Assembly: GCA_037200905.1 (NCBI GenBank)
Contig: JBBCGN010000005.1
Location: 29,535-93,534 of the forward strand
Direction: 5' to 3'
DNA length: 64,000 bases
DNA from: a bacterium
GTDB lineage: Bacteria; Patescibacteriota; Minisyncoccia; Phycocordibacterales; UBA9973
The notes below the pieces were generated by a model that saw nothing but the letters and a program-made list of their open reading frames with translations, was not told where the DNA came from and made no database searches. Positions within the stretch are counted from its first letter, which is position 1; every line of letters begins with the position of its first letter. Made by a program: the position numbers and the translations under genes. Positions 1 through 9,438 of the stretch are shown here, piece by piece.

Positions 1-162
1 GAAGCCCTCATGGCTGCAACAGAAGGCCTCGCTTCCAAGGGCGAACTGCTCCACCCGGTACGCATGGCTTTGTCGGGCCGCGACCAATCGCCTGATCCGT
101 TCACCATCGCCTACGCCATTGGCAAAGATGAAACCATTGCACGATTACAAAAAGCCATATAA
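1..162 (+). CDS. gltX: glutamyl-tRNA synthetase, C-terminal fragment (5' end outside window)
   Basis: Frame 1 is open from base 1 to TAA at 160-162. The tail ...GELLHPVRMALSGRDQSPDPFTIAYAIGKDETIARLQKAI resembles the conserved GltX C-terminus. Only 53 aa are available. Confidence 0.45.
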   Translation, partial: EALMAATEGLASKGELLHPVRMALSGRDQSPDPFTIAYAIGKDETIARLQKAI

Positions 163-1429
163 GCGCCTCGCGGCGCTCGTGATGCTGTCGGCGGTGTTCG
201 TGCCGATCCTTTTCGTGCGCGCCCAGACGGCCCAGGACATCCAGGCGAAGATCGAGCAGCGCAATGCCGACATCGCCGCCCTCGAAAAAGAAATCTCGCA
301 GTACCAGGGCCAGCTCAATACCCTCGGCCAGCAGAAAAGCTCGCTCAACAATTCGCTGGCCGAGCTTGATTTGAACAGGAAGAAGCTCAACGCCGACATT
401 TCCGTGACCGGCAAGAAGATCGAGAACACCAATGCCACCATCTCCACCCTCGGCACCCAGATCGTCAGCAAGGAGGATGCCATCGAGAACGACAAGGAAG
501 CCATCAAGCTCGGCTTCCGCTCGCTCGACGAGCTCGAGACCACCAACGCCGCGGCCACTATCCTGTCGCGGGCCAATTTTTCCGACGTGTGGAACGACAT
601 CGACAACATCATCACCGTGCGCGACAACGTGCGGGACAAGATCGTGGAGCTCCAGCATATCAAGGGCGACCTCGAGGTGACCCGCACCGACACTACCAAC
701 GCCCGCGACGAGCTGGTGAAGCTGAAGGCCCAGCTTGCTGACCAGAAGAAGATCGTCGACCAGAACACCGCCGAGAAGAACAAACTGCTGGCCCAGACCA
801 AGGACAACGAAGCGAACTATCAGAAGCTCTTGCAGGACCGCGTGGCCAAGAAGACGACGTTCGAGAAAGAGATCAGCGACTACGAATCGCAATTGAAATA
901 CATTCTCGATCCTTCGAAATTGCCGGGCGGCGGCGTGCTCTCCTGGCCGCTCGACAACATCTACGTCACCCAGCTCTTCGGCAAGACCGAAGCCGGCAAG
1001 CGCCTCTATGCCACGGGTTCGCACAACGGCGTGGACTTCCGCGCCAGCGTCGGCACGCCGGTGAAAGCCATGGCGGACGGCGTGGTAGCCGGCACGGGCG
1101 ATACGGACGTGCAGTGCCCGGGCGTGTCTTTCGGGCGCTTCGTGCTCATCAAATACGACAACGGCCTGGCCAGCACCTTCGGCCATTTCTCCCTCATCAA
1201 AGTGGCCAAAGGGGACAGGGTAGTGCGCGGCCAGGTAGTGGGCTATTCGGGCGCCACGGGCTACGTCACGGGCCCGCACCTGCACGTTTCTATCTATGCT
1301 CGGGACGCCGTGGATCTACAGACCCTGCCGTCGAAGTCCTGCCCGGGGCACGTCCTGACCCAGCCGATCTCGCCGACGAACGCCTACCTCGACCCGATGA
1401 TCTATCTGCCCCCGTACAAGGCTCCCTAG
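128..1429 (+). CDS. M23/LytM-family peptidoglycan endopeptidase with N-terminal coiled coil (EnvC-like)
   Basis: ORF 119..1429. ATG at 128 gives a signal-like N-terminus (KKPYKRLAALVMLSAVFVPILFVRAQ). A long Q/K/E-rich coiled coil follows. The C-terminus carries M23 motifs HNGVDF ... GYVTGPHLHVSIY. Confidence 0.88.
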   Translation: MKPLHDYKKPYKRLAALVMLSAVFVPILFVRAQTAQDIQAKIEQRNADIAALEKEISQYQGQLNTLGQQKSSLNNSLAELDLNRKKLNADISVTGKKIENTNATISTLGTQIVSKEDAIENDKEAIKLGFRSLDELETTNAAATILSRANFSDVWNDIDNIITVRDNVRDKIVELQHIKGDLEVTRTDTTNARDELVKLKAQLADQKKIVDQNTAEKNKLLAQTKDNEANYQKLLQDRVAKKTTFEKEISDYESQLKYILDPSKLPGGGVLSWPLDNIYVTQLFGKTEAGKRLYATGSHNGVDFRASVGTPVKAMADGVVAGTGDTDVQCPGVSFGRFVLIKYDNGLASTFGHFSLIKVAKGDRVVRGQVVGYSGATGYVTGPHLHVSIYARDAVDLQTLPSKSCPGHVLTQPISPTNAYLDPMIYLPPYKAP

Positions 1430-1498
1430 GCCTTGCGTTATTGCTTTATCCTTGTTAGTCTCTAGAAGAACTTTCTCATAAGCAGGAATCCTAAATCC

Positions 1499-1530
1499 AG
1501 TCCGCCGATGTCTATCGGCGGACTTTTTAT
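1499..1530 (+). terminator. rho-independent terminator after the M23 peptidase gene
   Basis: AGTCCGCCGAT-GTCT-ATCGGCGGACT forms a perfect 11-bp stem and is followed by TTTTTAT. Confidence 0.65.
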
Positions 1531-1536
1531 GTTAAA

Positions 1537-1695
1537 ATGGAAAGTATGGAAAAGAGGCCGAAAAATCAGCAGGGAGGATTTCTGCAGCTCATCATCGTCT
1601 TCATCGTGGCCCTGTATCTCATGAACCGCTACAATATCACTCTGACCGTCTTCATCAACTGGTTCGTCGAGGCCTGGCACAATGTTGTCCGTTAA
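1537..1695 (+). CDS. small hypothetical membrane protein (52 aa)
   Basis: Below the ORF-track cut-off. Translation is MESMEKRPKNQQGGFLQLIIVFIVALYLMNRYNITLTVFINWFVEAWHNVVR, with one clear hydrophobic helix. It is bracketed by two terminator hairpins. Confidence 0.35.
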   Translation: MESMEKRPKNQQGGFLQLIIVFIVALYLMNRYNITLTVFINWFVEAWHNVVR

Positions 1696-1713
1696 ATAAA
1701 AAATAAGAGGCAT

Positions 1714-1746
1714 GAAAAGCACGCCCTCATAAAGCGTGCTTTTCCG
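1714..1746 (+). terminator. rho-independent terminator
   Basis: GAAAAGCACGC-CCTCATAA-GCGTGCTTTTCC is a hairpin followed by a T-run. Confidence 0.5.
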
Positions 1747-1907
1747 TTTCCAAATGCATGCGGCTCATTGGTCGTCTGTGAGTCTCATGCAAGTCCGGTG
1801 TTGGCGTGGGTCGTAAGTATTCACCTTACCCCACGTTTTAGATAGCCGACCGACTGCGCGGAATATTACGGCCTGTCGTTCCTGATAACATGACTTCCCT
1901 CGTCAGC

Positions 1908-1932
1908 CGAAAAAGAGGGGAAGCGGCTCCCC
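1908..1932 (-). terminator. terminator-like hairpin on minus strand inside an unassigned gap
   Basis: The minus strand reads GGGGAGCCGCTTCCCC followed by TCTTTTTCGG. No convincing gene is found upstream of it. Confidence 0.35.
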
Positions 1933-2274
1933 TTGAAATCCTGATGATAAATCCTCTGCAGATATCTCTCTATCCCCAAAATATTTTTCCAGGAATTTTT
2001 TTCTGGCGCGCGGCAGGAGAGTAGAGTGAGATGATGAGCCAGGCCATAGTACAGGTCATTTTAGAGCCTTGGCCCGAGAGACCCTTTGAGCCTAGCTACA
2101 TGTCTCAAAAGGTATATTGTGCGACACATCTATATAATATAAACCTCTATTCCCTCACATATGAATCGGCACAGAATGGGCAGCGTAGAAACCCTCTCCT
2201 TTTCTCTTTCCGTGCGGGAATTTTTTCCGGCAGGAATAAATGACATCAATACTTCCCTTTGGTATACTTTTAGT

Positions 2275-2646
2275 ATGAAAAAACCAAAAATCACGCTCAG
2301 GTCAATTTTTATCATTTTGGATATAATTGGTGTCGTGGTTTTGATTCTCTATTATGTAGTGCAGCATCCTCATGTACTTAATAGAGGCTATATAAGCGGT
2401 ATGGATGACCAATGTCCGGCCACATGGATGGGAAATAAATTCTATGATAGTTATGACCGCGAAGTTATCTTCGACGACCAGCATTTCTGCAATTATAGCG
2501 GTGTAGTCACTGGTGCACAGTGCGATGCCGAAGGCGGATATTATGTTTCAGATCGGCATGGCGCATGGTGCCAGAAATGGATCAATGACAATAAAACGGT
2601 GCTTTCTATAGCAGATTCGACTCAAGATTTGGGTGGCCGGTTCTAG
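2275..2646 (+). CDS. hypothetical membrane-anchored Cys/aromatic-rich protein
   Basis: Part of ORF 2161..2646. The in-frame ATG at 2275 gives MKKPKITLRSIFIILDIIGVVVLILYYVV (N-terminal TM). The region is visibly AT-rich. No family was recognised. Confidence 0.45.
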   Translation: MKKPKITLRSIFIILDIIGVVVLILYYVVQHPHVLNRGYISGMDDQCPATWMGNKFYDSYDREVIFDDQHFCNYSGVVTGAQCDAEGGYYVSDRHGAWCQKWINDNKTVLSIADSTQDLGGRF

Positions 2647-2648
2647 GA

Positions 2649-3068
2649 CTATTTGCAGCTCGTGGACTTGGTAAAGCCTGCAGCTTCCGCTTCGGTGGCG
2701 GTAGAAAAGTAGATCCTGTTCTCCTGCTTGATGGTCTTGCCGCCGGAGCAGCCGATGGAATAATATTTGTGTCCGATCTTTGAAGCGAAAAACGGCTTGC
2801 CGGCGGCGCTGGTCGAGCCAACGGTTGTCGAGGCCTTAGGAGTGATTTTAGGGGCTTCCAAAGTGGCTTGGGCTGATGCAGGTATCGTATCCGAGGCTCC
2901 GAGAACGTTCCCTGTCTGTTCCGGGTATGTGACGGTGATGCCAGCCATGGATTCATCCTTGGACAAGCGTCCCAGGCCGAACGAACCCGTGCCGACCAAA
3001 ATGACGATCAGAATGATAAAAAAGTTCTTCCCCTTTTCGCTGTCTAGAAATTTTTTAAATTTAGACAT
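2649..3068 (-). CDS. hypothetical membrane-anchored protein with small C-terminal Cys-containing module
   Basis: ORF of 139 aa. It has an N-terminal TM (NFFIILIVILVGTGSFGL) and an S/T/A-rich linker. The C-terminus KIGHKYYSIGCSGGKTIKQENRIYFSTATEAEAAGFTKSTSCK resembles small metal-binding-like tails I recall from other secreted proteins. This is not verified. Confidence 0.6.
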   Translation of the reverse strand: MSKFKKFLDSEKGKNFFIILIVILVGTGSFGLGRLSKDESMAGITVTYPEQTGNVLGASDTIPASAQATLEAPKITPKASTTVGSTSAAGKPFFASKIGHKYYSIGCSGGKTIKQENRIYFSTATEAEAAGFTKSTSCK

Positions 3069-3082
3069 TTGATTGTGTTAGT

Positions 3083-3613
3083 TTATAACCATCGTACAGG
3101 GTTTGCTTCTGCTGAAGCTCTTCCTTTGAGTGCTTGCATTTCTTGCTCATCTGCAATCTGTATTTTCCTTTTTTCACTCTCTTTGTAATCTTCTTCCTCA
3201 AGTACTCGTTCTTCGTACAAACTTTGATGCATTGCATTTGCAGCAGCTTCAATCATGGATATGGCATTATGAGCATCGCTAGTTTTTGTGTGTTTGAGTG
3301 TTTGTACTTTTATAAGAGCATTTAAGATACCCTTTGCATCCAACATCCAAATCTTTATTTGTGCTTTGTTTCTTTTCCCTTGTTCCTGTCCTTTGAGATA
3401 TTGCCACAGTGAAAAGCAAAGCAATAAGATGTTAAGTATAGTAGAAAATATAGACCACCACGCCCCTGGTCCCACTTGATATGCACTGGGATTAATCCAT
3501 TTGTAACTGATTGCTGATAGGGTGAGAGTAATTGAAATCACTGAGCTAATCAAAGCTGTGATAAGGAATGGAAGCCAGTTTGATTTTTTCTTAATTTCGT
3601 TAGAGTTTTCCAT
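3083..3613 (-). CDS. hypothetical two-TM protein with charged helical C-terminal half
   Basis: Part of ORF 3083..3664. The ATG at 3613 (MENSNEIKKKSNWLPF...) lies 8 nt after the stop of the upstream gene. The region is AT-rich. Two hydrophobic helices are followed by an E/K/Q-rich tail. Confidence 0.5.
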   Translation of the reverse strand: MENSNEIKKKSNWLPFLITALISSVISITLTLSAISYKWINPSAYQVGPGAWWSIFSTILNILLLCFSLWQYLKGQEQGKRNKAQIKIWMLDAKGILNALIKVQTLKHTKTSDAHNAISMIEAAANAMHQSLYEERVLEEEDYKESEKRKIQIADEQEMQALKGRASAEANPVRWL

Positions 3614-3620
3614 TTTATTA

Positions 3621-4064
3621 TTATTCCTTTTCTTCTGTTCCCAAAAATGCAGTAGCGAAACCATCGACTTTGTAAATCAAATTCTGATCCGCTACAAACA
3701 TGTCGAAAAAAGCACCAAAAGATTCTTTGGTATATCTACCCGTATGTATTGCTTCGAGTCTTAAGACAGCTTTGTCGTTTTCAATCTCATAATAAATCTT
3801 TACTATCGTAAAAATTTTATTTGCTCTGTTCATTACGGCATCCATCTCAGGAGAGAATTTCCTTTCAGTTGTTAGATTAACACGAAACATAATAAAGGAC
3901 GGAAAAAGTTCAAAAAATACAACGCTGTTTTTTTGAATGTGTTTCCCTACCCAAATATCCTTTTCATTGGCATTTTCAGATTTTAATTTCTCTGTAGAAT
4001 AGCCAAGAAATTTTAAATGAGAAGCTATGTTTTCTATTGAACCTGTCATATGTGTATCCCGCAT
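3621..4064 (-). CDS. hypothetical cytoplasmic protein, possibly YbjN-like fold
   Basis: ORF of 147 aa in an AT-rich region. The pattern IENIASHLKFLGY ... VVFFELFP ... AVLRLEAIHTG ... FGAFFDMF is reminiscent of YbjN/sensory-transduction-regulator-like proteins. This is a weak by-eye call. Confidence 0.5.
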   Translation of the reverse strand: MRDTHMTGSIENIASHLKFLGYSTEKLKSENANEKDIWVGKHIQKNSVVFFELFPSFIMFRVNLTTERKFSPEMDAVMNRANKIFTIVKIYYEIENDKAVLRLEAIHTGRYTKESFGAFFDMFVADQNLIYKVDGFATAFLGTEEKE

Positions 4065-4133
4065 TATAGGATATATTATTTTTAATGTAAAGAGCTACCT
4101 GCATTAATCGAATAAACTAAGAATTAGAATCTC

Positions 4134-4162
4134 TTGATTTATAACCTCATATCGTGTATACT
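4134..4162 (+). promoter_or_regulatory. sigma70-type promoter for rpmA
   Basis: TTGATT (4134-4139), a 17-nt spacer, then TATACT (4157-4162), 34 nt upstream of the rpmA ATG. Confidence 0.5.
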
Positions 4163-4195
4163 GCCTGAGCTTAGAAATAACCCAATAAACACAAT

Positions 4196-4471
4196 ATGGC
4201 ACATAGAAAAGCTGGCGGAACCGCCAAAAACTTAAGAGATTCAAACCCAAAGTACCTCGGTACGAAGCTTGCCGACGGCCAAAAGGCCCAGGCCGGCTCT
4301 GTCATCATCCGCCAGCGCGGCACGGCTATCATGGCCGGCACCAACGTCGGCATCGGCAAGGATCATACCCTCTTCGCTCTGGTGCCGGGCGTCGTCAAAT
4401 TCGGCTCTCGCCGCAAGACCTCCTTCAACGGCAAGACTGTGGTAAAGAAAGTGGTGAACGTGGTCGCTTAG
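4196..4471 (+). CDS. rpmA: 50S ribosomal protein L27
   Basis: [43 protein letters not shown]... is the canonical L27 N-terminus, and the length (91 aa) fits. Confidence 0.96.
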   Translation: MAHRKAGGTAKNLRDSNPKYLGTKLADGQKAQAGSVIIRQRGTAIMAGTNVGIGKDHTLFALVPGVVKFGSRRKTSFNGKTVVKKVVNVVA

Positions 4472-4472
4472 C

Positions 4473-5070
4473 CTAAATAGTCCACGTCCAAGACGCAAAT
4501 TTGCTAATTTGGAATAAGAAAGCCCCCGCTATGGCGGGGGCTTCGGCTTTCGTGTAAATCACTTCGTCCGTCGGTGTGTCGGCGGGCTTTTCTCTCTGTG
4601 CCGGCTCTGTGCTAATAACATCCTCCTTTTCTTTTGCGTCAGGCTTCAGCTGTGGCGATACGGTGATGACCAGGCTGTCCTTTCCCCGTGTCCAGTGGAA
4701 AATGAACTGAGTATCATCCTTCCATCGCGGATTGAGCTCCTCCCCGGACTCGGTCCAATGCGTGAAGATCTGGCCGTTCACCAGCCAGGTCTTCGGGTTA
4801 TGGAGCTTCTCATGCTGATACATGAAGTACTTCGGCGAGTACCAGAAGTAGAGTTCGCGCTTGCCGGCGATGTAGGCTTCCCAGCCGTTCGCTACCGAAA
4901 TCTTCGGCGAATCGGCTTTGGCCGGGTCGGCATACCGGACATTGTCCAGGCTTAATCTTTCAGTGTCTGCCTTCGTAGAAGGCAGGTGCATGCCTCCTTG
5001 GGCCCGGGCGGGGTTCACCGAGAATGCGATCAGTCCGAATGACAAGATACAGAGATTGCTTTCGTCTCAT
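4473..5070 (-). CDS. secreted hypothetical protein (paralogue of 5142..5607), one apparent frameshift near 5037
   Basis: ORF 4473..5045 plus an upstream ATG at 5070. Joining the frames gives a signal peptide MRRKQSLYLVI/GLIAFSVNPARAQ. It shares an ELYFWYSPKY-type block with the next gene. Confidence 0.55.
4521..4542. terminator. hairpin between convergent rpmA and the downstream minus-strand gene
   Basis: AGCCCCCGC-TATG-GCGGGGGCT is a perfect 9-bp GC stem. It lies within the last codons of the minus-strand ORF. Confidence 0.45.
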
Positions 5071-5141
5071 GGGCAAAGAAAAAGCCCCCTCTTTCGAAGG
5101 GGCCGGTCGCACGACATCAGGGGCTTCGCGGTACATTTTTC

Positions 5142-5607
5142 TCATGCGAGCATCACTGCTTTGTCTTCGGGAGGAGCGGGAGCCGGGCCTTCATTCTCGT
5201 TCCCTTTCGGCCTGATGCGCTTCTTCTTCAGATGCCGGGGCAGCTTTTTGCCATGGATCTGTATGAGCATGATCTCCTTATGGCCCTGCCGCCAGATATA
5301 GACGCGCTCGGCGTCTGCCGGGCGCCCTTCGTCCGGAAACTGGATGCTGGTAAAGAGATGATAGCGCCGCCGCCCTACCAGAAAGCGCCTGTTGCCGAGG
5401 ACATACACGTATCGCATGGGGCCTTCCGCCGCTCTGGAGCTCGGACATGGTTTTCGCCGAGTACCAGAACGTGAGTTTCTTGCAGTCGATTTTCGGCTTC
5501 TTCGCGCTGTCTGCTCCCCTGCCGGGAGCGGCGGACAGCGCCTGCCCTCGGGCGAGCGATGCGGAAAGGATAAACAGCAAGGCGAGAAAAATCTTGAAAT
5601 TTTTCAT
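5142..5607 (-). CDS. secreted hypothetical protein (paralogue), apparent frameshift near 5420
   Basis: ORFs 5278..5685 and 5142..5417 join into one product. It starts MKNFKIFLALLFILSASLARGQ at 5607 and carries KLTFWYSAKT, compare ELYFWYSPKY in the neighbouring gene. Confidence 0.45.
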
Positions 5608-5706
5608 GTCGCAGGGTTTTAAAGGTGGAGAATGTTGTTTCTTTATTTTGCAAAAAACAAAATAAGGTCTTTCGACCTTATTCATACCACATATCAGTTA
5701 GAAAGG

Positions 5707-6151
5707 CTAGGCCCGCTCGATGACCAGCTTGAAGGATGATTTCTTGCCCTTGATATCGATTGGGATGTCGTGCTCGCCCACTTCTTTGATAGGCTTTTCG
5801 ATCTTGAGGAATTCTTCGCTGATTTCCGCATGGTGCTGGGCATGCATGGCTTCCACGATTTCTTTCTCGTGCACGGCCCTTGAAGAGGTGGCCAGTCTCG
5901 TCGGCTTTCTCGGAGAGGGTCACCACCTTGTCCTTGATGGCTTCCAGGTTCTTCATGAGCAGGTCGTCGCGGACTTCCCGTTCAACCTTGATCTCCTTCT
6001 GGCGCAGTTCGAGGGCGGCGATGGATTTCACTGTGGCGAGCTCTGCGAACTTGCGCGGCAACAGGAAATTCATGGCGTAGCCATCATTCACTTCTTTGAC
6101 ATCGTATTTTCGGCCGACTCGCGGCACATCCTGCAGGAATATTACTTTCAT
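5707..6151 (-). CDS. rplI: 50S ribosomal protein L9, one apparent frameshift near 5877
   Basis: The N-terminus MKVIFLQDVPRVGRKYDVKEVNDGYAMNFLLPRKFAELAT is typical L9. After ...HLFKG the correct continuation AVHEKEIVEAMHAQHHAEISEEFLKIEKPIKEVGEHDIPIDIKGKKSSFKLVIERA* is in another frame. Confidence 0.85.
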
Positions 6152-6169
6152 ACTTCTATTTGTAGCTTT

Positions 6170-7417
6170 TTATTTGATCGCTGTCCAGTGCTGGAGCAGG
6201 TCTACGGCTTTGTCGAGCTGGGGGTCGCGCTTGGCGGCAGCATCGTCCTTGGTGAAGTCCACTTTGACGTCGGGAGTCAGGCCTTTCAAAGAAATGGATG
6301 TGCCGTTCGGGGTGAGCCACTTGGCCACGGTGATCTTGAAGAGCGTGTCGGGAGTAAGGTTGATGACTTCCTGCACCGAACCCTTGCCGTAGCTCTGCGT
6401 GCCGACCAGAATGGCTTTCTTCTGGTCCTGCATGGCGCCGGCCACGATCTCGGATGCGGAAGCGGAACCGCTGTCGATCAGGATGGCGAATTTCAGATTG
6501 TCACTGAAGATATCATAACCCTTGGAGCGATAGGTCTTCTCTTCCCCGCTCTTGCCGTGTCCTCGGTGACGATGGCCTTGCCGGTCGGCAGGAACCAGCT
6601 CGAGATGTCTACGGCCGCGTCGAGATAGCCGCCCGGATTGCCGCGGAGGTCGAGGACCAATTTATCGGTCTTTGCGGCGACGAATTTCTTCATGGCATCG
6701 CGGAAGAGCTGTGCGGAGTCGGACGAGAAGCTGTAGAGGCGGATGACGAAGACGCCGTCCTTGCGCATCTCGTGTCGATGGTCGGGATCTTGATGGTGTC
6801 GCGCACGACGGAAATCTCTACCGGCTCGGACTCGCCTTCGTGGAGGATGGTGAGCTTTACAGTGGTGCCCTTGTCGCCGCGGATGAGCTTGATGGCCTCG
6901 TCGATGGAAACGTCGGAAGTATATTTGTCGTCGATCTTCAGGACCATGTCTCCGCTCCGGATGCCGGCCTTTTCCGCAGGGGTATCCTTGAGCGGAGCGA
7001 TGACGGTCAGGATCTTGTCCTTGACCCCCACTTCCATGCCGATGCCGGTAAAATTGCCCGCGATATCCCCCTCGAAGACCTTGGCCTCGTCCGGCTTGAA
7101 AAAGACGCTGTACGGGTCGTTTAAAGAGCCTACAAGGCCCGAAATGGCCCCATAGATGCGTTCCTGGTCAGTTATGGCGCTGGCGCTCGGGTACTTCTCG
7201 TTGATGGTATTCCAGGCTCCCAGAAGGGGCCGAAGTCCGCGGTGGTGGCCACCTGCGGCTCCTTGTTCTCGATGCCGGTGACTTTCTCGATGGCCGAGCG
7301 GTGGGTGACGCCGACGTAGACGCCGAGGGCGAAAAAGGCGATCACGAGCAAAATGACCAGGCCCTTTTCCCTGCCCCGCAGCGGTTCGGCCGGCTTGTCC
7401 TTAATTTCGTTCTCCAT
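6170..7417 (-). CDS. ctpA: S41 carboxy-terminal processing protease (PDZ + S41), at least 3 apparent frameshifts
   Basis: ORFs 7172..7417, 6690..7037, 6493..6768 and 6170..6445 concatenate into one protein. It has an N-terminal TM, a PDZ domain (GIGMEVGVKD...PAEKAGIRSGDMVLKIDD), DLRGNPGGYL, and SGSASASEIVAGA...SYGKGSVQ. Confidence 0.82.
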
Positions 7418-7652
7418 ATTCGCTTGCCGGCTGTTCGCGGCCGAAGTCGCGGTTCTCGCTGAAATTGTCGAACGTCTGCCTGCCGGTGCGCACCTTGTGC
7501 TCGCGATACAGCACGTAGCCGAAATACGCCAGGCCGACGCCGGTTACGACGAAGAAGATGTTCTTCCAGGCGATGGGAAAGCCGAGATACGGCAAGACCG
7601 CGATCCAGACCCCGAAAGCCAAAAGTATGCGTGCGCGTTGCATGGAGTCCAT
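7401..7652 (-). CDS. small hypothetical membrane protein (83 aa)
   Basis: The ORF has two hydrophobic helices (RILLAFGVWIAVLPYLGF, IFFVVTGVGLAYFGYVLY). It overlaps the ctpA start by 17 nt, which looks like an operon arrangement. Confidence 0.5.
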   Translation of the reverse strand: MDSMQRARILLAFGVWIAVLPYLGFPIAWKNIFFVVTGVGLAYFGYVLYREHKVRTGRQTFDNFSENRDFGREQPASEYGERN

Positions 7653-7698
7653 TATACTAGACCGCGAGTTCGGAGCGCAACTTGATTTTGTCCGATTG

Positions 7699-9435
7699 TC
7701 ATTTGAAATATTCCGGAGTGTAGATGTTCATCCAGTCGAAGAGCTGGCGGGCCACTGCCGGAGCGCCGACGCCGTTGGTCGAAGGGCGGCTTCCATCATG
7801 ATGACGAAGGCGTATTTCGGGTGCTCGTACGGGAAGAAGCCCATGACCCAGGAGTTCACTTTGTTCTTCTGGACGCCGAGCTGGGCGGTACCGGTCTTCG
7901 ACGCGATGTCTACGTACGGCACGTCGAGCACGGCCGAGGTGCCGCCCTGGACGGATGCGCGCATGCCTTCGTGCACGACATCGAAGTCGGCGCGCGGCAG
8001 ATTGACAATCGGCAGTCTCTTTTTCTCTGGCAGTGTCGCCGAGGATGAAATGCGGAGTGACGAGCGTGCCGTAGTTCGCGATGGATGCTGCGGCGCGGGC
8101 CATCTCCATCGGCGTGACCTGGAAGCCGTACTGGCCGATGACGGTGTGATACGTGTCGCCGACGCGCCACGGATCGCCTTTGAAATTCTGCGCCTTCCAC
8201 TCGGGGCTTGGGATGGTGCCGGAATTCTCGTCCGGCAAGTCGACGCCCGTCTCGGTGCCGATGCCGAAGAGCCGCGCGTATTTCTCGATGTTGGCGATGC
8301 CCAAGCCCTTCTGGGCCTGGTAGCCGCCGCCGATCTCATAGAAATACACGTCGGAAGACACGGCAAGGGCTTGGCGCATGTCCACCCAGCCCTGGGCCCG
8401 CCAGTCCTTGAACACGGATTCTTGCTTCGGATCATACGGGTTCGGGATGGATATCGAGCCGGTGGAAAGGATCTTGGTAGCGGGGTCGATGACGTTCTCG
8501 TTGAGCGCGCCCATGGCCATGAACGGCTTGATGATGGAGCCGGGAGTGTAGAGGCCGGAAATGGTCTTGTCCATGAAGACCTTGCGCTTGTCCTCGAAAT
8601 AGCCCTTGATGGCCGTCGCGTCCTTTCCGAGGGAAAGGATCTCGGAATTGTATTCCGGGTAGCTCGTCGAAGTGAGCACTTCGCCCGTCGTCACGTCCAT
8701 GATGACACCTGCGCCGCCCGCGAAGAGATTGCTCTCGGAGAGTGCCTTGATCTCGTCGTAGAGGGTGTGCTGGATGCGCGAGTCGATGGTGGTGACGAGA
8801 TCCGCTCCCCGCTCCGGAGCATTGACGATGTTCTCGGACTGGATGCTGCCGCCCGCGTCGGTCTCCACGATCTTCAGGCCGTTGGTGCCCTTCAGCTCCT
8901 CGTCGTACTGCTTTTCCAAGCCGTCCTTGCCGATGAAATCCGTCTGCCAGTAGCGCCCGCTCTTGTCCGCGGAGGGATAGCCCACATAGCCTAGGAGATG
9001 GGCGAAGCCGTCAGGCAGATACGAGCGGATAGGAAAATCATTCTGCGCTGCTGGCTCTTGCGGCTCTTGCGTCGCGTCGGGAGCGCTTTCCGCTTTCTTG
9101 TTCCAGACGAGCTCCTTGCGGTTGCGGTCGTAGATGATGCCGCGGTCGGCGAAGATGATCTCCTTCTCGAGAGTGTTCTGCTCGCTCCGCATGAAATACG
9201 CCTCGCCCTTGTGTATCTGCAGGTAGCCGAGGCGGCCGGCGAAGGAGATCGCTGCCAGGGCGAAGAAGGCGCCGAGGAACCAGAGGGTGCGCTTCGGTAT
9301 GGGCTTCTCGATCCTGCCCTCGAACTGCTGCTGGTTGAAATTCGCCAGGTTCTCGGCATCGAGAAAGATCTCGTCGGGCTCGACGAAGTCGTTGCGGTTC
9401 CGTATTTTATTTTTGCGCAGTATCTTTCTGATCAT
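7699..9435 (-). CDS. penicillin-binding protein 2 / FtsI-class transpeptidase, 2 apparent frameshifts near 8040 and 7790
   Basis: It has an N-terminal TM, a PBP dimerisation region, and the motifs SIIK (SxxK), SSD and KTGT. KTGT and the true C-terminus appear only after switching to the frame of ORF 7728..8435 and back. Confidence 0.85.
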   Translation of the reverse strand: MIRKILRKNKIRNRNDFVEPDEIFLDAENLANFNQQQFEGRIEKPIPKRTLWFLGAFFALAAISFAGRLGYLQIHKGEAYFMRSEQNTLEKEIIFADRGIIYDRNRKELVWNKKAESAPDATQEPQEPAAQNDFPIRSYLPDGFAHLLGYVGYPSADKSGRYWQTDFIGKDGLEKQYDEELKGTNGLKIVETDAGGSIQSENIVNAPERGADLVTTIDSRIQHTLYDEIKALSESNLFAGGAGVIMDVTTGEVLTSTSYPEYNSEILSLGKDATAIKGYFEDKRKVFMDKTISGLYTPGSIIKPFMAMGALNENVIDPATKILSTGSISIPNPYDPKQESVFKDWRAQGWVDMRQALAVSSDVYFYEIGGGYQAQKGLGIANIEKYARLFGIGTETGVDLPDENSGTIPSPEWKAQNFKGDPWRVGDTYHTVIGQYGFQVTPMEMARAAASIANYGTLVTPHFILGDTAREKETADCQSAARRLRCRARRHARIRPGRHLGRARRAVRRHRVEDRYRPARRPEEQSELLGHGLLPVRAPEIRLRHHDGSRPSTNGVGAPAVARQLFDWMNIYTPEYFK

Positions 9436-9438
9436 TAT

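Noticed and set aside
101-1285. Long antisense or shadow ORFs opposite strong genes: 101..1285(-), 5720..6628(+), 7558..8994(+), 26283..27029(-), 27300..28274(-), 28976..29956(-), 44907..46154(-), 50442..51164(-), 54750..55811(-), 60152..61261(-)
   Set aside because: Each lies antisense to a gene with clear conserved motifs. Their translations are Arg/Gly/Ala/His-rich low-complexity strings typical of GC-rich shadow frames. No independent signals support them.
1750-2270. RNase P RNA or tmRNA in the ORF-free gap
   Set aside because: Only short resemblances were found (AAGTCCGG on plus, GGGGTAAGGTGAA on minus), and they lie on opposite strands. There is no ACAGAA..CGGCTTA P4 partner. There is no tRNA-like 3' end with a GGTTCGA T-arm, and no tag-peptide ORF.
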